Of a DNA stretch of 32,948 bases, positions 25,315 to 32,948 are shown in pieces; position 1 is the first letter of the stretch, and each line of letters begins with the position of its first letter. Source of the DNA: Candidatus Liptonbacteria bacterium CG11_big_fil_rev_8_21_14_0_20_35_14 (GTDB lineage: Bacteria; Patescibacteriota; Minisyncoccia; UBA6257; XYB1-36-10); NCBI GenBank assembly GCA_002796205.1, contig PCWO01000050.1, positions 3,090 to 36,037 on the forward strand. Reading direction: 5' to 3'. Both the position numbers and the translations under genes were made by a program. The notes under the pieces were generated by a model. The model did no database searches. It saw nothing but the letters and a program-made list of their open reading frames with translations, and was not told where the DNA came from.

Positions 25315-27187
25315 CAGCTTTTGCCTTTATACGACCAACTCGATTTCCATCCGAGTCTAGCTGACCTTTAAACTCCTCCGTTACTTTTTAGGAGGATTCC
25401 GCCCCAGAAAAACTGCCCACCAGGCACTGTCTCCATAAGGTTTACCAAATAGATTCCTTATAGGTTAGACCTTGCCCCAATAAAGAGTGGTATTTCATAT
25501 TGCGACTCCATCCCGACCGAAATCGGAACTTCAAAGTCTCCCACCTATGCTACGCATTAAAAGAACAAGACCAATACCAAGCTACAGTAAAGCTCCTGGG
25601 GTCTTTTCGTCCCACTGCAGGTAACCCGCGTCTTCACGGGTATCGTATTTTCACCAAGCTTCTCGCTGAGACAGTTCTCCAGTCGTTACACCTTTCGTGC
25701 GCTCCGGAACTTACCCGGAAAGGAAATGCGCTACCTTAGAACGGTTATAGTTACCGCTGACATTGACGAGGGCTTCGGTCAGTCAGCATCTACCCGAAAG
25801 CAGATACCGCCAACGTTAACCTTCTCGCATCGGTCAGGTGTCACCCCCTATACATCCACTTACGTGTTAGCAGGGAGCTGTGTTTTTGATAAACAGTCGC
25901 CAGAGATTCTTTAGCTGCGGCCACCCGAAGGTGGCAGGCCTTATTGCGAACTTACGGCCGCTATTTTGCCGAGTTCCTTAGCGAGATTTCACTTGTTCCC
26001 CTTGGGCTACTCGCCCTACCCACCGGTGTTGGTTTGCGGTACGAACACCTATGCCTTAACTCTAGAGGCTTTTCTTGGAAGGCTCTGCGATTGAATCACT
26101 TGAGGGGCTTTAGCCCTCAAATTTTCGCCGGATTTTGGAGGTTGCTATTAAAAGCAGATAAGTCGATTTACGGCTTACCCATCCTACAATCAAGCGACGC
26201 CAAACCATTAAGGCGATCAATCTCTTTTCCTCCGTCCCCTCATTGAAAAACATAGGTGGGGCTGGAATATTAACCAGCAATCCATCGCGTGCGGCTTTCG
26301 CCATACACTAAGGGTCGCCTAACCCGTGGCTGATTGCCAGTGCCACGGAAACCTCGGGTTTTCGGGGTGCGGATTTCTCATCCGCATTGTGGTTACTCAT
26401 GCCAACATTCTCACTTCTATACGCTCCAGCAATTTTCACAAATCACCTTCAGTGCATATAGAACGCTCTCCTACCACTTATATTTTAAAAAAATATAAAT
26501 CCGCAACTTCGGTACTACGCTTAGCCCCGTTACATTCTCGGCGCATCTTGCCATTGAATAGTGAGTTGTTACACACTCTTTAAAGGATGGCTACCTCTAA
26601 GCCCACCTCCTATCTGTCTATGGCACTATACTACCTTGCATGCACTTAGCGTAAATTTTGGGACCTTAGTTTGCGATTAGGGCTGTTTCCCTTTTGACCA
26701 CGGAGCTTAGCCCCCGCAGTCTAACTCCTGAGTTATATTGTATGGTATTCGGAGTTTGATTGGTCTGGCGAAGTTTCCTCCTACTCAGACCATCCAGTGC
26801 TCTACCCCCACACATAAACACTCAAGGCTAGTCCAAAAACTATTTCGGAGAGAACCAGCTATTACCAGATTCGATTAGCTTTTCACTCCTTACCACAGGT
26901 CATCCGAAGGCGTTAAACGACCTAACGGTGCGGGCCTCCCCCTACCTTTCGGTAGGGTTCACCCTGCCCATGGCAAGCTCATCTGGCTTCGGGTCTTATC
27001 CATATCCTAAACGCGCTATTAACACTCGCTTTCGCTACGCCTTCCTTCCGTAGAAGTTAAACAAAGGATATACATAAACTCGTTGGCTCATTCTTCAATA
27101 GGCACGGCGTCATCCACGATAAATCGGGACTCCGCCTCCTTGTAAGCATACGGTTTCAGGTTCTATTTCATCGGCCTCACCGGCCTG

Positions 27188-27224
<37 letters not shown>

Positions 27225-27776
27225 ATCACTAAAGATATTTAGCCTTACGAGACAGTACTCGCAGATTCCCTCAAGGTTTTCTGCCCTCGAGGTACTCAAG
27301 AATATATACAAAAAAGTGAGCACGTTTTCGTCTACAGGACTTTCACCTTTTTTAGTTCGGCTTTCCAGCACGACTCGACTAACGTGTCCATTTATAACTT
27401 TTCTCTTTCCTCAACCTAAATCATTAAACTAGGGTGATCTAGGTTGAAAAAAGAATGTATATACCTTACAACCCCAAAAATTAGTAAACTAATATTTTGG
27501 TTTGGGCTCTTCCCTTTTAACTCGCCGCTACTCAGGGAATCACTATTTGTGTTTTCTTTTCCTCCGCTTACTGAGATGTTTCACTTCAGCGGGTTTGCAT
27601 ACATAAAATGTATAATACAGGTTTACTGTACTGGGTTTCCCCATTCGGAAATCTCCGGATCGTAGGTTGCTACACACCTCCCCGAAGCGTATCGTCGTTA
27701 CGCCACGTCCTTCATCGCTCTTTTAGTGTCTAGGCATCCACCGTATGCCCTTATGCAATCGTCTCAACATTGAGAA

Positions 27777-27803
27777 GTTTGATGTTACTTACATAAACGT
27801 ATT
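27777..27803 (-). promoter_or_regulatory. 5' strand of the 23S precursor processing stem
   Basis: Complementary, in the transcript, to 23405-23433 (see that feature). It lies immediately 5' of the mature 23S start. Confidence 0.6.
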
Positions 27804-27939
27804 TTGTTATTAAGCTTCAATCTAACGCTTGTAACTCCTATTAATAAAACAAAAACCGCGACTAGCGCGGCATTAGCAAAAAACAGATGCTTTTTAGCCG
27901 CTTGTTTTAGTTAATATACCTTCTCTTATCACAAGAGAG

Positions 27940-27969
27940 ATTATAGAGTATAAGGGGTATCGGTGTCAA
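27940..27969 (-). promoter_or_regulatory. Sigma-70-type promoter of the 23S-5S operon
   Basis: Minus strand reads TTGACA (27969-27964), an 18-nt spacer, then TATAAT (27945-27940). Both hexamers are consensus. It lies about 170 nt upstream of the mature 23S 5' end. Confidence 0.6.
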
Positions 27970-27997
27970 CACCTTATACGGCGGATAATTGCATAAA

Positions 27998-28028
27998 ATA
28001 AAACCGCTCAAACGAGCGGTTTTATTTT
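27998..28028 (-). terminator. Intrinsic terminator of the upstream membrane-protein gene
   Basis: Stem CCGCTC (28004-28009) / GAGCGG (28014-28019) extended by A/T pairs. T-runs flank it on both strands. Confidence 0.6.
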
Positions 28029-28055
28029 TATCTATTTTATCTATTTTCTTTAATC

Positions 28056-28736
28056 TTAACCTTCTACTTTGTCGCGGAATTTACCAATCAAGTGAGCGGC
28101 ATAATCTTTACCACCAACCCCAAAAGCGATACCACCAGCCAAAGCTATCATAGCGATGAATCCAGTGATTAGGGTATTGATAATAGTAGTAGCCACATTC
28201 AACTGGGAAAGAGCAGATAACAAACCGAAGATAACAATAGCGTACCAAGTTAAAGCTCCTAAGAACTTAGCGGCGCGTAATTTGGCCGACAAGACAGAGC
28301 CTTTAACAATTTTCTCAAAGAAGTTAGCGATAACCACAGCAGCCAACATAATGATGACAGCGATAACGATGTTTGGAATATATACCAAGACATCTCTTAA
28401 GAAAGCTGAAAGGGCAAAGAACTGTAGGATATCGGTAGCGGCTAACAAGAAAGCGATAACTAAGAACCAGAACACAACGCGGTCAAAAAATAATCCCGTA
28501 TCTAACTTAATACCAGCCCGATCAAAATATTTTTCAAGACCGAGTTTCTTTAAAGCGGAATCGATTTGAAGAACATTAATAATTTTACCAACCAAGGTAC
28601 CAAGAGCCGAGGCGACAATAAGACCGATTATAAAAACTATGATCGCCCCAAGAAGAGTGGGGATAAAACTAACTACATCAAGCCATAAGTTCTGCAAAGA
28701 ACGAGCGACAACATTACTCCATGCTTCTATAAACAT
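28056..28736 (-). CDS. Polytopic membrane protein, conserved-TM-helix / MscS-N-terminal-like repeats (tentative)
   Basis: 226 aa with about 5 hydrophobic helices. The repeated IxxxIxAxxIxIIGxxVA-type helices resemble the TM_helix repeat seen in mechanosensitive-channel relatives. The assignment comes from pattern memory only. Confidence 0.6.
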   Translation of the reverse strand: MFIEAWSNVVARSLQNLWLDVVSFIPTLLGAIIVFIIGLIVASALGTLVGKIINVLQIDSALKKLGLEKYFDRAGIKLDTGLFFDRVVFWFLVIAFLLAATDILQFFALSAFLRDVLVYIPNIVIAVIIMLAAVVIANFFEKIVKGSVLSAKLRAAKFLGALTWYAIVIFGLLSALSQLNVATTIINTLITGFIAMIALAGGIAFGVGGKDYAAHLIGKFRDKVEG

Positions 28737-28964
28737 AATACTTTTTAAAAATCTTTACTTTATAATATTTAAGGCGACCTTTTTATGAATAACGGATAAA
28801 CCGTTTTTGTTTTTACACTATTTATTATACCAAAAATATATTTATGTTTTGTAAAGTTGTGTGGAAAACTATGGAAAAACGATTTTGAATGATTTTAGTT
28901 TTATGTTATATTTTTGTTAGTAGCTTTTTTATGTTCTGAAAATAAGAAAGGAGAAAATAAATTT

Positions 28965-29125
28965 ATGATTGAAAGCGCAGGAATTTTTTATCCTACCAAA
29001 ATTACCCTGCGCCCCCTCTAAAAAATATGGGCCACCTCCAAGGCCCAACCCCCCTCAAATACCCATACTGCGGGGATCCTTTCAATAACACAGCCTGTAT
29101 AAAAAATATGGGCTGTTCTTTTTTT
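28965..29125 (+). promoter_or_regulatory. Candidate cis-regulatory leader (18-codon ORF, alternative helices, terminator) upstream of 29192..29689
   Basis: SD AAAGGAGA precedes ATG 28965, opening an 18-codon ORF (MIESAGIFYPTKITLRPL, stop 29019-29021). A GC-rich island sits in AT-rich DNA. Hairpins are GCGCAGGAATTTT/AAAATT(AC)CCTGCGC (28975-29012) and TGGGCC/GGCCCA (29028-29047). The 12-mer AAAAATATGGGC is repeated at 29021 and 29102. A possible promoter is TTGAAT (28885), 16-nt spacer, TGnTATATT (28904-28912). Confidence 0.35.
29090..29125 (+). terminator. Intrinsic terminator at the end of the leader
   Basis: Stem ACAGCCTGTAT (29090-29100) / ATATGGGCTGT (29106-29116), including two G-U pairs, with loop AAAAA. 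It is followed by TCTTTTTTT. Confidence 0.6.
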
Positions 29126-29191
29126 GACTTTTTTATTTTTTGTGTTTTAATAATATAAGCAAATTTTAATAATTGAAAAGGGAGAAATTTA

Positions 29192-29689
29192 ATGGCTCAA
29201 AATGAAGTTTATATTGAAAATTTTGATGTATCAAAATGTAGATGCAATATAGCTTGTATTGCTATAAGAAATTTACTTAAAAAAATTGAATGGGCACAAG
29301 AAAAAGGAAAATCTCAAATTGAAATTATGCCAATTCAATATGGAATAAATTTTTTTCCAACCAATGAAGATTATGACAATATTGAGTCTGGTAAAAGCCA
29401 TGCTGCAGAAGATGAAAATTATGGGTCGTATGCAAAGAAAAAATCTTCATCCTCGGGAACTAATGTAATTAGAGTTTTTAGAATAAAAAAATTAGTCGCA
29501 AGACTAAATAATGAATTCAAAACTATGGTTTATAAGAAAAATGGTCTTTTCTGGATTGGGCAATATATTTTTCATATTGGATTTAATATAGAACATATTG
29601 AAATACAAAATTTAGGTAAATACCCAAATCAAATAGAAAATAAACCAACAGCCTATAGAATCGTACTTATCCTTAATCTAAACACCTAG
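29192..29689 (+). CDS. Hypothetical protein (165 aa), no recognisable domain
   Basis: Good SD (AAAGGGAGA, 8-nt spacing), an uninterrupted ORF and a terminator overlapping the stop codon. Confidence 0.6.
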   Translation: MAQNEVYIENFDVSKCRCNIACIAIRNLLKKIEWAQEKGKSQIEIMPIQYGINFFPTNEDYDNIESGKSHAAEDENYGSYAKKKSSSSGTNVIRVFRIKKLVARLNNEFKTMVYKKNGLFWIGQYIFHIGFNIEHIEIQNLGKYPNQIENKPTAYRIVLILNLNT

Positions 29690-29712
29690 CTGGCATAAAT
29701 TAGGTGTTTTTT
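29681..29712 (+). terminator. Intrinsic terminator
   Basis: Stem AACACCTA (29681-29688) / TAGGTGTT (29701-29708) followed by TTTTT. Confidence 0.55.
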
Positions 29713-29713
29713 A

Positions 29714-29920
29714 TTACTTTAATTTAGCTTGTATTAGTCTTTCTACTTCGTCCTTAGAAATAAGATTTCTGCTTTTTATTTCCTCCTCTACTATTTTTCT
29801 AATTTGGCCGTCAAGCATTTTTTGACTTTCTTTAGCCTGCTCCATCATTTGTTTTATTTCCTCGGGGCTCATATTTTTCATCATATTTTGAGCCATTTTA
29901 AATTGATCAAATATACCCAT
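29714..29920 (-). CDS. Small helical, Met/Lys/Glu-rich hypothetical protein (68 aa)
   Basis: ORF lying 22 nt downstream of the dedA stop on the same strand. No TM segment and no recognised family. Confidence 0.5.
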   Translation of the reverse strand: MGIFDQFKMAQNMMKNMSPEEIKQMMEQAKESQKMLDGQIRKIVEEEIKSRNLISKDEVERLIQAKLK

Positions 29921-29942
29921 AGATTTTTATTATATATAACTC

Positions 29943-30590
29943 TTAATTATTATCAATATTCCGACGACTTCTATAATATTCAACAATGCTTGGGACTATG
30001 GAAAGAATAATTATTATAAGTATAACTACAGAGAAATTGGCTTTAACTACTTCTATATTACCAAAAACGTAGCCGGCTTCGAGAAACAAAAAAACCCAAA
30101 TAGTGGTGCCTATTATATTATAGAAAGTAAAAGTTCTATAAGACATTTTGCCAATGCCGGCTACAAAAGGAGCAAAGGTTCTAACTATCGGTAGGAATCT
30201 GGCCAGGATAATAGTTTTTGAACCATACTTAGCGTAGAAGTCGTGGGTTTTTTCTAGATATTCTTTTTTTAAAAATCTGGAGTCCTCGTATTTAAAAACT
30301 TTGGGGCCAATGACTCGGCCTATCCAATAATTAATAGCGTCTCCTAAAACTCCGGCGATAAATAGGAGGACAATTAAAAGTTCAATAGATAAAGCACCTT
30401 GAGCGGCTAGAGCTCCGGCGGCAAATAGAAGTGAGTCCCCTGGAAGAAAAGGCATTATAACGAGACCAGTTTCGGCAAATATAATGACAAATAAAAGGGA
30501 GTAGATCCAAGGGCCGAAGTCTGTAGCAATAAGACTTAGATATTTATCTAGGTGAATAATTATGTCTAAACTTTTTAATATAATTTCCAT
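29943..30590 (-). CDS. dedA: DedA-family (VTT domain) membrane protein
   Basis: FAETGLVIMPFLPGDSLLFAAGALA and LARFLPIVRTFAPFVAGIGKMSYRTF, the characteristic DedA motifs. Confidence 0.9.
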   Translation of the reverse strand: MEIILKSLDIIIHLDKYLSLIATDFGPWIYSLLFVIIFAETGLVIMPFLPGDSLLFAAGALAAQGALSIELLIVLLFIAGVLGDAINYWIGRVIGPKVFKYEDSRFLKKEYLEKTHDFYAKYGSKTIILARFLPIVRTFAPFVAGIGKMSYRTFTFYNIIGTTIWVFLFLEAGYVFGNIEVVKANFSVVILIIIILSIVPSIVEYYRSRRNIDNN

Positions 30591-30594
30591 TTTA

Positions 30595-31674
30595 TTATTT
30601 GTTTAAAAAAATTGTTTGAGTTGGGTAAGCAAACTCTATGCCATCTTTTTCAAATATTTCTTTCATTTTTAAATTAACTTCTTGATTAGCGTCCATATAA
30701 TCATTGTATTCCGGAGAGTTTATAAAATAGACAGCCTCAAAAGTTAGATCAGACGGGCCGAAAGAAATAAAGTGAGTGCGGTCAAAGCGTAATTTATCAA
30801 CGCTTTCAATTATGTCTTTAATAATTTGAGGGATTCTCTTTAATTTATCATTATCTGTTTGATAGACAACTCCAAACTTAAAAGCAATCCTTCTTTCTTT
30901 CATTTTTTTAAAATTTTGAATACGGGCCGAAACTAACTCTTGATTACTAATAACCACCTCTTCGCCTTGAAGAGCTCTTAGTCTGGTAGTTTTAATACCT
31001 ATTTTTTCAACAGTGCCCATATTTTGACCAACAACTATAAAATCGCCAACTTTAAAAGGCTTATCAAAATAGATAGCAAAAGAACTAAATAAATCCCCTA
31101 ATATATTTTGAATAGCTAAAGCGACGGCAATACCTCCAATACCAAGACCAGCGATGAGCGAGGTTATATCTATACCGAGGTTTGAAAGAACTAATAGACC
31201 GCCTGTTACCCAGAGAATTATTTTTATAATTATTTTTAAACTTTGGACGGCCGATTTAGAATCTTTATCTTTTTCTCCACTTGAAACTTTTGATACTACA
31301 TATTCGGCTATTATTTGAAAGGCTATTATAAATTGATAAACAATCCATATTATTAAAATAGTATCTATAATTTTTTGAGCAGTATCATCTATTGATATAA
31401 ATGTAAGGGCGAAATATAAAGCTAAAAATAAATAGAATGGAGGTTTTAGAGTGTCAATAACTTTAATAACGGTATCATCTATGTCGGTCTTAGTTTTTTT
31501 AGCCAGACTAGAAAGTTTAAAGACTACAAAGCTTTGTATTATTTTAAATATAATAATAAAAGCTATTAAAGCGATTAAGGCTATAAGATATTCTTTATAT
31601 GTATTATGCCACAAAGATGTTTGTAAAATTGGAAGATTTAAAAAATTTATTATTTTTTCAAAATATTGAGTCAT
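30595..31674 (-). CDS. Mechanosensitive ion channel, MscS family
   Basis: N-terminal TM helices followed by the MscS core LGDLFSSFAIYFDKPFKVGDFIVVGQNMGTVEKIGIKTTRLRALQGEEVVISN. Confidence 0.9.
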   Translation of the reverse strand: MTQYFEKIINFLNLPILQTSLWHNTYKEYLIALIALIAFIIIFKIIQSFVVFKLSSLAKKTKTDIDDTVIKVIDTLKPPFYLFLALYFALTFISIDDTAQKIIDTILIIWIVYQFIIAFQIIAEYVVSKVSSGEKDKDSKSAVQSLKIIIKIILWVTGGLLVLSNLGIDITSLIAGLGIGGIAVALAIQNILGDLFSSFAIYFDKPFKVGDFIVVGQNMGTVEKIGIKTTRLRALQGEEVVISNQELVSARIQNFKKMKERRIAFKFGVVYQTDNDKLKRIPQIIKDIIESVDKLRFDRTHFISFGPSDLTFEAVYFINSPEYNDYMDANQEVNLKMKEIFEKDGIEFAYPTQTIFLNK

Positions 31675-31724
31675 GTATACATACTAACTATTTTTGATTT
31701 TTAGGTCAAAAACTAACTATCATT

Positions 31725-32672
31725 TTATATAAGATTTTTTAATATTTTTTCTACATCTTTGGAGTTTTTGGCGGTCATTAATTTTGCTCTTAATTCTTTG
31801 GCGCCTGCAAAGCCTTCTATATATGAGGCGAAATGTTTTTTCATAATATTAAAGTTTCGATGCGAATGAAGCTTGGCAAAAAGCTTGGTGTGTTTAATTA
31901 GTGTTTTAGCTATTTCGTTAAAAGGTAAGTCTTCTTTTTTGTGTTTTGAGAAAAGCCAAGGATTACCAAAAATGGCGTGACCGAGCATAACGCCGTCTAG
32001 ATTATATTTTTTAGCTATCTCTTTCCCCTCTTCAACTGATTTAATATCACCATTGCCTAAAAAAATAATATGGGGATTTTTAGCTTTTATTATTTGAGCG
32101 ACCCGGCCTATCTCCTCGAAGTTATTTGGAACTTTAGACATCTCTTTTGAGGTGCGCCCATGAAGAGTTATAGCGGCTGGTTCAACCTCAATTAAAGTTG
32201 AAATCCATTTGTCGATTGTATTTTTATTAGTTCCTAATCTAGTTTTTACAGAAACTGGTAAGCCTCCAGCACCTTTCTTGGTTGCTAATATAATTTCTTT
32301 GGCTAATTCTGGTTTATCTATAAGAGCAGAACATACTCCTTGTTTAATTACTTTTTTAACGGGGCACCCCATATTTATATCTATGCCATCAAATTTCATT
32401 TTTTTGAGGAGTTTAGCAGTTTTATAAAAATTATCTGGATTGTTGCCAAAAATTTGAGCGATAATAGGGTGCTCTTTTTTATCAAAATATAAATCTTTAA
32501 TTACTCTTTCTTTACCCTCGCTTATTAAGCCGTCGGTTGAGACAAACCAAGTGAATAAAATATCGGGTCTACCCTTCTCTATTATGATTTGCCTAAAAGC
32601 CGAGTCGGTCACCTCCTCCATGGGAGCCAAAGCGATAATTGGTTTTTTAAGTTTTTGCCAGATGTTTAGCAT
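31725..32672 (-). CDS. dus: tRNA-dihydrouridine synthase
   Basis: LAPMEEVTDSAFRQI, GIDINMGCPVKKV (catalytic Cys) and ITLHGRT: the Dus TIM-barrel motifs. Confidence 0.9.
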   Translation of the reverse strand: MLNIWQKLKKPIIALAPMEEVTDSAFRQIIIEKGRPDILFTWFVSTDGLISEGKERVIKDLYFDKKEHPIIAQIFGNNPDNFYKTAKLLKKMKFDGIDINMGCPVKKVIKQGVCSALIDKPELAKEIILATKKGAGGLPVSVKTRLGTNKNTIDKWISTLIEVEPAAITLHGRTSKEMSKVPNNFEEIGRVAQIIKAKNPHIIFLGNGDIKSVEEGKEIAKKYNLDGVMLGHAIFGNPWLFSKHKKEDLPFNEIAKTLIKHTKLFAKLHSHRNFNIMKKHFASYIEGFAGAKELRAKLMTAKNSKDVEKILKNLI

Positions 32673-32866
32673 ATTGATTTATTAAACAGGAGTTTTAGAA
32701 TTTGGCAAATTTATTTTAATTTGATATATTAAATTTGCAGTTTAAAAATTTAAAAGGAGGTTTTATATTATGATGTATGTATCACGCCTTAAAAAAATAA
32801 CTAATTTATAGAAAGGGGGTGATCTATATATCTTTTTTATAAGTTGAGGGAGAAAGGTAAAAAAAC

Positions 32867-32898
32867 AAAAGCCCCGAGAAGTATGCGGGGCTTTTTTA
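32867..32898. terminator. Bidirectional intrinsic terminator
   Basis: Stem GCCCCG (32871-32876) / CGGGGC (32886-32891), flanked by an A-run and a T-run. It probably ends a minus-strand gene whose 3' end lies at the window edge. Confidence 0.55.
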
Positions 32899-32948
32899 AT
32901 TTTTATATTTAAATTATAAAGGACTCACTGTACCTTCTGATGGCTCTG

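Noticed and set aside
25500-26583. Track ORFs 25500..25739, 25726..25914, 25944..26246, 26326..26583 (+) and 26110..26304 (-)
   Set aside because: All lie inside conserved 23S rRNA exon sequence and have no SD or homology. They are typical spurious ORFs in GC-richer rRNA.
27444-27665. 73-aa plus-strand ORF
   Set aside because: It lies within domain I of the 23S rRNA, antisense to the rRNA. Spurious.
29027-29158. 43-codon ORF MGHLQGPTPLKYPYCGDPFNNTACIKNMGCSFF... in the leader region
   Set aside because: It has no SD and runs straight through the intrinsic terminator stem and T-tract. It is more likely a by-product of the structured RNA than a gene.
32770-32811. 13-codon ORF (MMYVSRLKKITNL) preceded by AAAAGGAGG, and an inverted repeat GCAAATTTA/TAAATTTGC at 32704-32737 overlapping a TTGGCA-N17-TATATT promoter-like sequence
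   Set aside because: The signals are suggestive, but the region is at the window edge. The nearby terminator more plausibly ends a minus-strand gene coming from outside the window. There is not enough context to claim a leader peptide or operator.

Overview
This is a gene-dense, AT-rich bacterial chromosome segment. It uses the standard genetic code: dprA ends in TGA, and the long ORFs are uninterrupted. Housekeeping genes present are dprA-topA-rel, parAB, a tightly packed rpoB-rpoC-rpsF-ssb-rpsR block, mltG plus a SEDS cell-wall gene, MscS, DedA and Dus. There are four tRNA genes and a 23S-5S rRNA operon with no 16S gene in the window. Small RpoB/RpoC, low GC and an intron-bearing 23S suggest a Patescibacteria/CPR-like genome; this is inference only.

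Three things stand out.

1. The 23S gene is interrupted by two group I introns only 63 nt apart. One sits at the I-CreI/L2593-type site and carries a full-length I-CreI-like LAGLIDADG ORF killed by a single in-frame TAA; the ORF track misses it. The other sits inside the sarcin-ricin loop and carries an internally deleted 96-aa mini-LAGLIDADG ORF.
2. The first ~3.65 kb is visibly GC-richer foreign DNA: an XRE regulator, a P-loop NTPase, a small ORF and a large serine recombinase. The recombinase reading frame runs 10 nt into the 3' end of tRNA-Ala.
3. A GC-rich structured leader lies upstream of an orphan gene. It has an SD-preceded 18-codon ORF, mutually exclusive helices and an intrinsic terminator.

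No CRISPR array or recognisable defence system was seen. All coordinates and folds were derived by eye, without tools.
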